From NCBI GenBank assembly GCA_951406725.2, contig OX597816.1:111786001-111850000 (forward strand): a stretch of 64,000 bases of DNA, given 5' to 3'. Positions 13,630 through 26,765 of this stretch are shown in pieces (position 1 is the first letter of the stretch; every line of letters begins with the position of its first letter). The notes beneath the pieces were generated by a model that was not told the DNA's origin, did not search any database, and was given only the letters and a program-made list of their open reading frames with translations. The position numbers and the translations under genes are program-made. Origin of the DNA: Octopus vulgaris (Eukaryota).

Positions 13630-13940
13630 TCTCTTTTCACCCTTTTCAAGCCTAGCCAGGCTCATGGGCCCGGTTTCCCGGTTTCTGTGGTGTATGTGTT
13701 CCCCCCAGCTGAACAGGACGCCAGTCCATTGCAGCGTTACTCAAGAAACAGGAAGAGAGAGTGAGAGAAAGTAGTGGCGGAAGAGTACAACAGGGGTCGT
13801 CACCACCCCCTGCCAGGGCCTCGTGGAGCTTTTAGGTGTTTCCGTTCAATAAACACACACAACATCCGGTCTGGGAATCGAAACTGCAATTCTCCAACCA
13901 CAAGTCAGCTGCCCTAACCACTGGGCCAGTGTGCCTCCAC
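13630..13940 (-). mobile_element. V-domain-like tRNA SINE, full length
   Basis: Minus-strand head GTGGAGGCACACTGGCCCAGTGGTTAGGGCAGC; 12-bp TSD agccactctatt (13618-13629, 13941-13952). Confidence 0.9.
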
Positions 13941-14061
13941 AGCCACTCTATTAACTAATGTATTATTACTAACAGTTTCAAGATAGATTTAAAAACCAGA
14001 ATCAAACATTTGGCAATTGACAATATAAAGCCAACAATTTTCCATGTGTATGTATGTGTGG

Positions 14062-14098
<37 letters not shown>

Positions 14099-16237
14099 GA
14101 TATGCCTTCATGAAAGTTTACTGATCTTATATTGTCCAGTGATTGATTAGGCTTTTTTCAAACTTTATCATGAAACTATCTGTATCAAAGTGTTAGATAA
14201 TACAATAATTATTCCAATATATATGTGATAATACTAAAATCCATTTTCGTTCACATAATTTTATTTACAGTATATACTTAATACCCAGTGTTGCTTGGTC
14301 AGTCCTCAGTTGTTGGCTAATTAGTGTGAACCAGATGCAATTTATCATGGTACTAGAGAGATTATTTTGGCAAAGCTAAGAACTCTGTGTCAGTTCTTAT
14401 TCAAGGTTACTAACTTCTTGGATGTGTAGTTATTAATATGGCTTACAGCATTTACATCTCATTCATATCAAAGGCAAAAATCTTAAAAAGCAAATTGTTG
14501 AAAGTTGTTCATAAACATTGAGAAATTGACATTAGATCAGATTATGAATGAACATTGAGTACTGAACATTTGCACTGACATGAGTGGTAAGAGTTATATA
14601 CTTTGCTGGTGTTGTTGTTGTCATTGTCATCCATTGTCACCTTCATCATCATAGCCATTGCTGCCACCACTGATTATCATCATCATATTTTTCATGCTCA
14701 CAAGAACTGAACAGCTGTAACAGCATCTCACTTCTTGTCATACTTCTTTCTCATCTGATCCTCACAGCAGAGAATCAATCTGTGTAGGTATGTGTCTTTC
14801 TCTTTTTCTTTCTTTCTTTCTTTCTTTTTATGGTGGAGCAGTGTATGAAATATTGTGTGCCCTCCTTATCACCAACCTTTTTGCCAATTTTAGTTTTATT
14901 TGTGTATCTGGGACTATATTAATTAATTAACATGGTCATGTTTTTATTCTAAAACCCAAAAAGATAAACATTATAGGATATGATATTTTGAGAAAGATTT
15001 GTCTTCGTAATGAATGACCAGCAACCACATAAATGCTCTCCTGTTGACTATTAGATACTGAATTATTATGCCAATGCATTTGAAACATCAAAACTTTAAA
15101 ATCCTTAGTAGCAGGCATGGCATTGTAGTTAAAATGTTTTCTTCACAACTACATGATGATTTTAGGTTCAATCCCACAGTGTGACAATTTCATCTAATGT
15201 CTTTTACCAGAGCTTCAAATTCATCAAAACTTCTTGGATGAAATCTAACCAGCAGATGTTATATTAAAGTCCATTGAAGGGACTGTTTCTGTTGATAAGT
15301 GATCACCTTAATCTGGTGTTGGTTAAGGTGATCACTTATCTAGAGCAAAATTTCAAATACAAATTTTATGCAATCCATCATCATCATGATTATCATTACC
15401 CAGATACCTTTTGCAAGTATTTGAACCAGGTCTCTGGTCTGTAGACATCTTCCTTAATTCCACCCACCAGCTAAATAGGCTCTGAAAACATTAAGAGAAC
15501 AGTTGTTTTCCCTCTCACTATACCTTTAAAAAAATCAAGACATGGGTTATATTAATGGATAATGAGAGGCAGGTGTCAGTGTTGTGTATTGATAGAAAAT
15601 GCTGCATTTGTTGAGAAGTATACCAATTATGTCATAAGCAGAAGTAATTAAGATATCGTTGAATATATTAATAGTCAAAGACGTAAACAACACATGATGA
15701 AGCCATGTGCAACAATAACTGCATTTCAAACATGTGATGAGATCATGATGCTAGTTAAGATGATCATAATAATGGTTAGGATGATCATGATGATGACAGA
15801 TCATGCAAGATTTGTATTTGAAATTTTGCTCAAAATGAGTAAAGTTTCTGCTATTTTGGAATGAAAAAAAACAATTTTTTCTGCAGTCCTTTGTGCATTG
15901 CAGAATAATCAACATGTAATTATTATAGACACATGCACTGAGAAAATACATGCACACAAACATAAAATACATTCATACACACACATAAAGACAGAAATAT
16001 ATGCCATGTAAAGTATCCGAGGTCAATAACCAACAAAATGCATTTGTCACAAATACTGACTCAATAGTGTTAGTTTTGGCTGCCCTGTGTGGCTGCCAAA
16101 TTAGCCAACATATTCCTTAGATAAATCATAGCTTTAAATAACAAACACATGTATCACACATATTTAAAGTGGCCACACTTTGTGGTTCACACACTCAGAA
16201 TCCCCACACTTGATGCTACAGTACTAACAACAAATAG

Positions 16238-16542
16238 GGTTGCTTGTTCCTTCTCAAGCCATGCCTTGCTCATAGAGCCAGTTTCCCAGTTTCCTTGGCA
16301 TATAGGTTCCCCACCTGGATGGGACACTGGTTTGTTGCAGGTGATGTGAAAGAAGCAGGAGGAAAGAGTAAGAGAAAGTTGTTGCATAAGAGTCAGCAGA
16401 AGTTTGCCATTACCTTCTGCCGAAGCCGCGTGGAGCTTAGGTGTTTCACTCATAAACACACACATCGCCCGGTCTGAGATTCAAACTCATGATCCCTTGA
16501 CCGCGAGTTCACTGCTCTAACCACTAGGCCATATGCCTCCAC
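16238..16542 (-). mobile_element. V-domain-like tRNA SINE, full length
   Basis: Homologous to 2406-2714; TSD caacaaatag (16228-16237, 16543-16552). Confidence 0.9.
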
Positions 16543-16939
16543 CAACAAATAGAGTGGTATGTTATGTGCCAACAAGAGTGCCTAAGCATGCTTGTTCAGT
16601 CTGTTAATCTATGAAATATAAAGTCAAACCTCCTTCAAATCTCCCACAATAACCAGTTTAGGACATATTGGATAATGTATATACTAGTTACACAACAATA
16701 GCAACAATAACAACCACAATGAGAAACATCAAACGTAATAACAACAATGAGAGACATTAACTAACATGGCAATCGCAACAGATGTGAAAATAAGAAAAGG
16801 GACAGTCATGCCTGAATTTATATTACTATAGGGTGTTTGGGCTAAATTTGAGTTTGCATAAAAGGAAAAGAAAACACAATATTTCGTTTTTGGATTTGGT
16901 TTGCAAGATTCTTTATATGAGTTCATATGTTGAAGCATA

Positions 16940-17137
16940 TTCTGTTGTGTCTGGGGAGAGTCATTTTCTTTTTGTGTCTTACAATGTAACACACTCACCG
17001 GTAAAATTGAAATGTTGCAAGACACAAGGAAAATTTTAAGAAAATAAAAAAAAGAAGAAATAAGTGGAAATTTTACCGGTGAGTGTGTTACATTATAAGG
17101 TACAAATAGAAAATGACTCTCCCCAGACACAACAGAA
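16940..17137. repeat. 69-bp inverted repeat with 60-bp spacer (fold-back element)
   Basis: 16940-17008 is the near-perfect reverse complement of 17069-17137. Confidence 0.9.
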
Positions 17138-17229
17138 AACACAATATCCTATCAAAAAAAAAATGTATTTTAAAAAATCAAAAACCATCAATTAGATTAT
17201 GGCTGGCAGATAACAGTTTATTCAAAGTA

Positions 17230-17820
17230 GCCATCTTTAGTTTCCACCAGTCTCAAGATGGCTCTGGGACCTGGCACAAGCATTTTTCACCATGTCCCTG
17301 GAAAGGTCTTCAAACACCTCTTTGATCATTGCCCCCAGCTAGGCCTTGGTATAGCAGCAGAGTGGTTGGTGCCTTTATCAACTTCACCCTACACACATTA
17401 ACTTATGAGATTATAAACAGGTGAATTAGGAGGCCAGAAACTAGGGTTGATATAGTAGAAATTCTTTGACAACTACTTTTAACTCTTTCTGGAGGTATTG
17501 CCAGGAAGGGAATCCTGGTGCTAGTCATATTGTCTCCCCAGACAGTGTTTCCCTACAGTCTCCAGCAATTTCACATAGCCATCTGAAATGAGCCTAAAGC
17601 TCTGTTCAAACATGTGGAGTAACACCCTTACAAGAGACACACACAAAGACCATCACAGTTTGGGGGAACTCAGCTTCAGTCATGTCCATGTCATGTCTTA
17701 CAGCCTTTACAATGTTCACAGAGCATTGAGCAGCAGTTATAATACCACCATTTTGATACCCAGCATGAATCATCATCATACAGGTAACTCTTTTCCAATA
17801 ATCAGATAGCTTCCACTCTT
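17230..17820 (-). mobile_element. Degraded Tc1/mariner (maT-like) transposase remnant
   Basis: Minus strand FWPPNSPV (~17415-17440) resembling WPPNSPDLNPLDY; similar to the 43260-44007 element; boundaries approximate. Confidence 0.55.
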
Positions 17821-17858
17821 CCATGTCAGTTAACCTTTACCCAACTAAAACTTTCATC

Positions 17859-18629
17859 CAGTTGTTCTCAACCATTATTTGCATATGGACCCCTTTGGTT
17901 ATTATTCCATTTTGGTGTACCCCCAAAGCCATTTGAAGCGTGAAAACCAGTTTTATGGATGCTCCTTTCAAGATTCCTATTTTGTTTTACCCACAACAAC
18001 TTGTGCGAGTTGAACTATGTGTAACAGGATGAGAGATCCATGCACTGGATGGGTGCTGTTCACATCCTTTACATTAAATATTAAGTGAAGAAAGAGTTGA
18101 GATTTTCCATTAACTTCAACAGTATAAATATTTATTCTGTAATTCGCAATATAAACATTTCCTTCCTCTGGGCGAATCAGCAGCCTAGGAGCTTATCGTC
18201 AGTAGTCTAGTGGAATGAGTCAATCCTGCCTGTTCAAGCATAGCAGAATGTGCCACGAGGTAGCAGCTCGAGAGAGCTGCTAAAGACATGTCTGTATCGT
18301 TCAGCTGCTAGCATCCAAGAGGGTGATACAAGAGAATTTTGCTGCTGCTAGTTTTCTGCGCATGCGCATGAGGGAACTTCTGACAGGTCTTCTGGAAGAT
18401 TCCAACCCTGTGCATGCATGCTGGAGATTTCCAAGATGGCGTCACTACATATGTAAAACATTAGAGAAAGAAACTTAGTTGTTTCTTGCATTATATACAT
18501 ATAAAAAAAAAAAATTTTAACCCTTGGAATACTACTGTGGATCCCCAATTTACTATTTTGCTTGTGTGGACCCAAAAATGTCTTATATAGACACCCAGGG
18601 ATCATATGGACCCCAGTTATGAGCCATTG
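17859..18629. mobile_element. hAT (Charlie-like) MITE interrupted by a solo LTR
   Basis: TIR CAGTTGTTCTCAACC / AGTTATGAGCCATTG, repeated GGACCCC subterminal motifs, imperfect 8-bp TSD ctttcatc/ctttaatt. Confidence 0.7.
18020..18449. mobile_element. Solo LTR (430 bp), Gypsy-like
   Basis: TGTAAC...ACTACA termini, exact 4-bp TSD tatg (18016-18019, 18450-18453), GC-richer than the flanks. Confidence 0.8.
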
Positions 18630-19834
18630 CTTTAATTTCTATGCTCTCCAACACCATTGACTGTTCACAAATATATGAAGTTGTTCCTGAAAAAAGGAAA
18701 CAAAAAAGTTCTCAGATTATACACCCTGTATAATTACTATAAACCAATGAAAAACAATCCTCTACATTGAGATTTGTACTACTATTTTAGAAATAGTACC
18801 AATTCCACATCTAGTAGACTTACTATTATCAAGTGTAATACCACCATAATCTGAACAAGATGGAGCTCCTTTAGCAGATCCATTCTCTTGTAAGCAATCC
18901 AGTTAGATTTTTCTTTCTTCTCTTTCTTTTATAAAGTGTCACACACACTGCCTTTCCTCTTCTTTCTATGCCATAAACAACAACAAAATTAATAATGATC
19001 AAGATTGCATGATTAAAAAGCCTGCTTCAAAGACATTTGGTTTTCAATTCAGGCCCACTACAGAGCAAATTTCCTTTAGTGTAGCCCTGGTGGGCTCAAC
19101 TATTGCCTTGTAAGTGAATGTGGTTATCATCATCAGCATCATAATTTGATATCTGTTTCCCAAGCTGGCATGGGTTAAGTAGTATGACAGGAGCTGGCAA
19201 GTTAGAAAACTGCACCAAATGTGTGTGTGTGCTTGCGTGTGTGTGTATAAAATATGTATATAACAAAAGTGTATATATATGTGTGTGTGCTTTTCTGTTT
19301 GTTTTTCTTCTCCTTTGTCAATATTTAAACACAACTGGTCAACTGGTGTCACTTTCTTTATATTTTCTTAATTAAGTAGCAAAGCAAAATAAAACAAGAA
19401 ATAAACCAACAAGAAAAAAAAAAAGAGAGACCAATAAATTATGCACCAGACTTTAAAATAATTTCTGGGTCGATTTGATTGACCAAAACCTTTTAAAGCA
19501 ATGCTGCAGTACAGTTGCAGTCCCATAAGTAAAACTAGTAAAAGAGTATGAGAGTATACTAAAATGAGAATGGCACATTCAATACTGTTGTCTTTGATAC
19601 ACCATGCCAGAAAAAAAAGGCAGCTGAATTGCTTTAAATCAAAGATCTGATCAATCAAGATTCATTTGGGTGTAAACACTAACAACATATAGTTCTAATA
19701 ACCACACTGAAAAGGTTACTAGCAACACAGCATGTAACAGGCATCAAAGGCCACTTGATGAAAAGTGTTCCAGCCTTGACCATCCCATCCTATTTTCCAG
19801 ATGTCCAGGATCCAATGCGTCTTTTCTCTTTTAA

Positions 19835-20054
19835 CTCTTTAGCCTTTAAACCAACCATATCCAGCCCAAATATTCTACCTACTGTATGTTCAAACTGACC
19901 AGATCCAGCCTCTTACACCTACCCTGCAATGTCATTCTGAAAATAAACAATTACATCATTGAGACCTTGAAACTATGAGATAATGCATGATCCATTCAAA
20001 ATGCCATGAATAAATAAGCATTACATTTGACAGAATAATCTGAATGCTAAAGGG
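19835..20054. mobile_element. piggyBac-type MITE
   Basis: TTAA TSDs (19831-19834, 20055-20058), TIR ...GCTAAAGGG; homologous to 10499-10710. Confidence 0.85.
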
Positions 20055-20621
20055 TTAAGATAAAGTACAGTTTGGCTGCTGTTTCTAGCAAATCAAACAT
20101 TTGTGTTGTGGTCGTCCCATTTGCTTTCAGCAATGCTTTAGTAAAGATGCTGTTGTTGTTGGTATTGTTATTGTCATTATTGCTGTTTCTGCTGCTACTG
20201 CCGCTGTTGCTACAGCTATTGCTGTTATTGTTCTTACTGTTGTTGTTGTTGCTGCTACTGTTGTTTAACATTATGTTTGTGCTGATTGAGCAGAACTACA
20301 ATCAACAATCATATTATTACTGTAAGGTATAATGCATCTAGGACTACACTACTCAATGTGTTTCTTTTCTTCTTTATCTCTAAAACAGTAGCAAGTACAT
20401 AACGCACCTAGGACTAAGTTTCTCAATGTGTTTCTTTTCAGTTTTTATTTTTATGATTGTAGAGGTAGATTTGGTTTCTACTTCTCACAGACCAAGTGGC
20501 CACAAAGAAACTCTCCCATGGACTTGTCTAATTAGTTAATTATTTTAGAGGAAATAGGAGTGGAGGAATTTTAATGTAGTCACCAAAGTAAATTGGACAA
20601 ATATAGCAACAGCTAAAATAA

Positions 20622-21140
20622 TCTATTATATAAAATCTATTCAGTCTGTCTGTATGTGTGTGTCTTCTAAGATCTTGAGCATCCTCCATCTGATTGTGCT
20701 CAAATTTGATATGTAGATACCGACAGTATCAGGGCGTGTATAAGTCTTGAAAAAATGACAAAAATCGGTTCCAGGTGAGAATGTGATCAATAAAGCCGTG
20801 GGAATGTGCATTTGTACACTCAAGTACATCAGCTGTTGCGATGTACTTACTGGTACTTTAAACTCTTCGGTTGCATATCTGTGTGAATAAAATCGTTTTT
20901 CTTTGGAATAGAAAAAAGTCTGTCTTTATTTTTTCTTTTGCTGGTGTCTCAAATTTAGGTTAAATCAGTGATTCTCAAAGGGGAGTCCTATGGGACGGTT
21001 GGACAAGTTGTTTTGAGAAAATTTGGTTTAAATGTTTGACAACTCAGCACTGTCTATTGGACAGGGGGCGTTTTGCTCATTATTACAATAAAATCCTCTG
21101 GATGAAGAATGCAAATGGAATACAATAGGCTTACTGGTAA
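20622..21140 (+). mobile_element. Probable non-autonomous Helitron-like element (5' part)
   Basis: A|TCTATTATATAAAA start followed by (GTCT)/(TG) microsatellite, as at 45401 and 45843; 3' end not identified. Confidence 0.45.
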
Positions 21141-21240
21141 TACTCTGTATAGACATATGCATGTGTGTTTGTGTGCATACATGTGAATATGCACACATGT
21201 ATGAATGTGTAATGCATATGTGTGTATGTATGCACATATT

Positions 21241-21630
21241 CTTTTATTGCTTTATTCTTTTATGTGTTTCAGCCATTTGACTGCAACCATGCTGGAGCAC
21301 CACCTTTAGTCAAACAAATGGACGTCAGGACTTATTCTTTGTAAGCTTAGTAGTCATTCTATCAGTCTCTTTTTCCAAACAGCTAAGTTATGGAGTTGTC
21401 AGGCGATAGTGGGAGGACAAACACAGATGCACAAACATATGCATATATATATATATATATATATATTTATAATGGGCTTCTTTCAGTTTCCATCTACCAA
21501 ATCCACTTACAAGGCTTTGGTTGGCATGAGGCTGTAGTAGAAGACACTTGCCCAAGGTACCACACAGTGGGACTGAACATGGAACCATGTGGTTAGTAAG
21601 CAATCTACTTACCACACACAGCCACTCCTG
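21241..21630 (-). mobile_element. CORE-like tRNA SINE
   Basis: Reverse complement of the 4338-4740 family. Confidence 0.9.
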
Positions 21631-21844
21631 TAAATATATGTGCATGAATGAATACATATATGCATGAGTGTATGTATGTGTGTACATGTGAATACGTGTA
21701 AAAGCATGACTGTATGTATGTGTGTAAATATGTGTAAGTATATGCATGCATGTGAATGTGCATGTATGCATGTGTTTGTGAATGAAGGGGAAGATATACA
21801 TGTATGAATGCATGTGTCCATGAGTATATATATATGTGTATATA

Positions 21845-22215
21845 GGTGCAGGAGTGGCTGTGAAGTAAGAAGCTTGCTTCCCAAGCACATAGTTCTGGGT
21901 TCAACCCCACTGTGTGGCACTTTGGGCAAGTGTCTTCTGTTATATCTTCAGGCCAAGCAAAGCCTTGTGAGTCGATTTGATAGACAGAAACTGAAAGAAG
22001 CCCATCATATATATACATGTGTGTGTTTGTGTGTCTGTGTTGTCCCCCAACCAATGTAGGTGTATTAACATCCCCATAATTTATTGGTTCAGCAAAAAAC
22101 ACCGGTAGAATAAGTACTAGACTTGCAAAGAATAAGTCCTGGGGTCCATTTCTTCAACTAAAGGCAGTGCTCCAGCATGGCCACAGCCAAATGACTGAAA
22201 CAAATATAAGAATAA
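21845..22215 (+). mobile_element. CORE-like tRNA SINE
   Basis: Same family, full length. Confidence 0.9.
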
Positions 22216-22689
22216 ACGAATACAAAGGAACATGCATGCATGTATGAATGCATATATACATGTGATTATGTATGTGCATACATGTGACTATGCCTGCATG
22301 TCTGCATGTATGAATGCTTATATTCATGTGTGTAGGTATGCACATACATGCCTAATGCATACATGCATACACAGCATGCATATTCAAATGGACGTGCATA
22401 TATACAAGCCTGTATGCACAAACATGCATATGCATGTGTACGTATGAAATGAAATCATGTACATATGTGCGTATGTGTACTTGCCTATGTGTATGTGTCT
22501 TGGAGGTCATCCACTGCTTCAGGAAGAATGAACTGAATGATACAACTCGTGAAAGAATAAAGAAGTTAACACTAGCATTAAGATGATAACAATAGTGAGA
22601 AATGAGCTCGATTGGTTTTTCCCCTAAGTTGAGCTGCTTATCTTTCCTGAACAACGCGGGATATGAATACGCTCACATACAGACACTCG

Positions 22690-22959
22690 TGTATATGTGT
22701 GTGTGTGTGTGTGTGTGCATGCATGTGTGCATGTGCGCTTGCACATAGGTGTGTGCGTGTGTTTGCTCAGATGTGTGTGTAACATACACACACATATATA
22801 TCTATGTGTATGTATATATATATATATATATACACACACATAAAAATGCAGAAAGATACACACTCACATATTTTCCAGGTAATTACCTAGCAGCATACAT
22901 ATGTGTGTGTGTGTGCATGTGTGTATGTGCATGTGACTGTGTGTGTGTGTGTGTATGTG

Positions 22960-23014
<55 letters not shown>

Positions 23015-23063
23015 TTTGTATATATATATACACATATATATTTATGTATATATATATATACAC

Positions 23064-23094
<31 letters not shown>

Positions 23095-23119
23095 TGTATA
23101 TTTATATATATATGCACAT

Positions 23120-23165
<46 letters not shown>
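22690..23165. repeat. Compound (TG)n/(TA)n/(CA)n microsatellite
   Basis: Seen directly. Confidence 0.95.
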
Positions 23166-23437
23166 ATCAATGTAAAGAGATTAGCCATTATCTATACACA
23201 TGGGTTGGAAGGACCACTCAGAATAGGGAATAAGATTAGCGCACCTAATATGAAATTTATATATTTCTTTACACCAGAATTTTCCATTATAGGCTTCCAG
23301 GTTTTAACCAAAGAAACTGAATGTTCTCACCGCTCATACTTTATGGATCATGTGTTTATATTGAGTTACAAAGTGTAATAATATCATTGTTTGTTTCCTT
23401 GCATTGGCTCACTGTTCAGAGCAATATTGACCTACTA

Positions 23438-23483
23438 CTGATGATGATGATGATGATGATGATGGGGAAGATGGTGATGGTGG

Positions 23484-23521
<38 letters not shown>

Positions 23522-23645
23522 GTGATGATGGTGGTGATGATGGTGATGGTGATGGTGATGATGGTGATGATGATGATGGTGATGATGGTGATGATGGTGA
23601 TGATGATGATGATGGTGATGGTGATGGTGATGATGATAATGATAA
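23438..23645. repeat. (GAT/GGT)n microsatellite
   Basis: Seen directly. Confidence 0.95.
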
Positions 23646-24017
23646 CAACAACAAAAGCAATAAATATAATTTCACATTTTGGCACAAGGCTAGCAATTTC
23701 AAAGGAAGGAATAAGTCAATTACATTGACTCCAATGTTCAACTGGTACTTGTTTTACCAACCCTAAAACAATGAAAGGTAAAGATGACCACGATAGAATT
23801 TGAACTCATACCGTAAAAGCAGACAAAATGCTGCTAACCATTTTGCTTGGCTTGATAATGATTCTGCTGGTTTGTCACCATAACAATAATAACAATATTA
23901 AACCTTTCTACTGCAGGCTCAAGGTCTGAAGTTTTGGAGAAGGAGGCTGATTGGTTACATCCACCTAGTACTCAAGCGGTACTTATTTTGTTGAAAATAA
24001 TAATTTTAATGATGATG

Positions 24018-24058
<41 letters not shown>

Positions 24059-24059
<1 letters not shown>

Positions 24060-24292
24060 TTTACTGGAACAGCTCATAAATCGTGTTACCTGGAATGGCT
24101 CATGCACTGAGAAGAGCATTATCACTGTGAAAACAACATCCATTCATGAATTTATTTATTTATTAATTTTTTAACTACATATTTTACCTGTGAATTTGTG
24201 TGTAATCTGGAAATGCAAACAATGAGCTTCTCTGTCCTAGCTGTACAGAAAACACTCGGCGAGAAACGGAAGCAAATTTGAAGAAAGAAAGA
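24059..24292 (+). mobile_element. Short 3' fragment of an R4/Dong-like non-LTR retrotransposon inside (TAA)n
   Basis: TGTAH and GMAHALRRALSL* resemble the clade's LLGTAHILRKVL C-terminus; bounded by (TAA)n on both sides. Confidence 0.55.
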
Positions 24293-24315
24293 AATAATAA
24301 TAATAATAATAATAA

Positions 24316-25316
24316 GACTGCATGTGTATTGAATTCGAGAGCTTAATGCGATACCAAGCTCAAAGTAAGGAAACCTTGCTAGTGACGGTTATGAATGAGG
24401 GAATATTGAGAGCAGAAAAAAGGGGAAAACAAAGACATTCCAAAAAGGACATAAAGAAAAATTACGCTAGAAGGGACAACACAATCAATTCCATGTATCT
24501 ACAACAGAAGTTGCTGGAAAAAATAGGTGAGATTAGCTGATAAAAGGAATCCTAAAAAAAGAGACAGAAATCACTATACTGGCAGTACAGGACCAAGCTT
24601 TGGTCACAAACTGGAGGGTCAATCTTAAGAATGAGCGAGTGTTTCCACAGTGTTGCATCTGCAATAGAGTGGATGAAACCATTGCCCATATCACAAATGA
24701 ATCCCCTAGACTTGCCCAAAACCATTACAAGTTGTGGCGACATGACCAGGTAACAAAAGTGCTACAATGGAAACTGTACAAAAAGTGTGGGCTAGAGAGA
24801 GGCAAGACATGGTATAAGCACAGACAACAGAGAGTGGTAGAGTCAGGGACTAACAAAATTCTCTGAGATTTCTGAATCCAAACATATTAGCTGCTAGATC
24901 ATAACAGACCAGACCTAGTGGTGGTTGACAAGGTGCACCATATATGCTTTATAGCTGTGTTGCATGTCACTTTGACCCACAAATAGTCAAGAAGGAAAAT
25001 GAAAAGATAGACAGATACAACCCTCTTAAGTACGAAATAGCCTGGCTATGGAAAATAAAGAAGGTGAAGATAATGCCAATTATTGTTGGGTCCTTGGGAA
25101 CAGAATCAGAAAGTATCAAGAGGAATATAAAGGAAACTGGAATAGAGTGCCCAGCAGAACTGTTACAAATGTTTTGCCTCCTTGGCATGGTTACAATAAT
25201 CAAGAAAATATTAGACAGCTGAAAAAAGTGAATAACATGTTACCGTAGGGTGCAGGTAGTAAGCCCATAATGCATGCAAGACTAGGAGTTCCAACAAAAC
25301 CTGTGATAAAGAGAAA
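24316..25316 (+). mobile_element. 5'-truncated R4/Dong-clade (RLE) non-LTR retrotransposon, pseudogenised
   Basis: Degenerate CCHC knuckle (CCICNRVDETIAHI), RHDQV, KIL*DF, HNRPDLVVVDK, KENEKIDRY, IIVGSLG restriction-like endonuclease motifs; flanked by (TAA)n. Confidence 0.85.
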
Positions 25317-25389
25317 ATAATAATGATAATAATAATCCTTTCTACTAAAGGCACAAGGCTTGAAATTTAGGTGAGCGGGATCAAACCCA

Positions 25390-26765
25390 GTTGTTTGGTC
25401 CTTATCTCACTAAGCAGCTTCTTATTTTCCACAGCCCAGGTTATCACTTCACCATTAGACACTCTGCCCATGCTACCCTAAGTATTCCCCTTAAGAACTA
25501 AGTACCTCTAAGCTCTCCAAGTACCTTCTCATTTCTGTTATAGCCCATGTTTCACTTCCATACATTAACACAGGGTAGACACAACAGTTTAGAATATGGA
25601 TCTTGGTCTTTATGCTCAGAGTATGGTTTCCCAAGATGTTGTACAACCTTAAGATGGCAGATTTTTCTAGCACACTCCATCCTTTGATCTCCTTCTCACC
25701 TCTTGTGTCCTCTGTGATCAAAGTTCCAAGGTAGTTGAAGGATGATACCTGCTTAATAATTTGATTGATCCCTTCCAGCATGCACTTTGAGCTTCCTTTC
25801 TTTGTCACCACCATACACTCTGTCTTCTTGCACTTTATGACCCTTTCTTTCACTTTCTCTGACCACTACATCTATAAGTTTCTGGAGTTCCTTTTTTGGT
25901 TCTGCAAGTAAGACTGTGTCATCTACATATCTTATGTTTGTAATGTTTCTGCCTCCCACTCTAAGACTTTCTTCCTTCTCCAGTTCTTTTATGATCAATT
26001 TGCTATAGTAATTGAAGAGATCTAGTGACATAACACATCTTTGTCTAACCCCTCTCCTGATGCTAGTGTATTCACTGCATTCTCCATCCAACTTTATGCA
26101 AGTTGATTGGTTCCAATACAGGCTCTGCAAGATTTGGAAGTATTTCCCATGCAGATCAAGGTTACTGAGTTCTTCAAGTAACAAGTCATGTCTTATTTTG
26201 TCAAAGACCTTTGTGTAATCAATGAAATACATCACGCTGTCCTTTTGCATCTCCACCACCTACTTCATTATCTTCTCAATACAAAAGTATCATTCCTAGT
26301 ACCAACGTCCTTTACAGAGCCAAACTTTTTGATTCCAATTTCAGGTGTTATTCTGCTTCTTGCTTGAAGGAGTAAAATTCTCAGAATGATCTTTGTAATG
26401 TAACTCATGAGATCAATCATGCAATGTTGTCCACAATCCACTAATCCTGATTTCTTTAGGAATGCAATAAGGATGGATTTAGTCAGATCTTCCGGAAATC
26501 TTCCATCATCAAAGATCTTGTTTATTACATCTGTCAGTTTTCTAATTCCATATTCCTAAGTGCTTTTATCATCTCAACGACAATCCAGTCCAGCCCAGCA
26601 GCTTTGTTTTCCTTCATCATTTTGATGACTGCCTATACTTCAAATGGCAAGATTTTTGGACCCTCATTCAGGGAAACTAGGCAAGGCTGCTCTCACATCA
26701 TGAAAATAAATCTCCTACATACTCTGTCTATCTATTCAAAATGGTCCACTAGCAATTTTCTATCC
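25390..26765 (-). mobile_element. Degraded RTE/BovB-type LINE reverse transcriptase fragment
   Basis: ORFs 25753-26259 (FIDYTKVFD, RGVRQRC, IRYVDDTVL) and 25491-25853 (FNYLGTLIT, YGSETW); frameshifts and stops. Confidence 0.9.

Noticed and set aside
20072-20332. Leu-rich signal-peptide-like ORF
   Set aside because: Translation of a (TTG/CTG)n repeat next to a MITE; no supporting exon structure
21388-23741. Long ORFs rich in Y/I/H/T/C/V/M/S
   Set aside because: These are translations of (TA)n, (CA)n and (GAT)n repeats and SINE sequence
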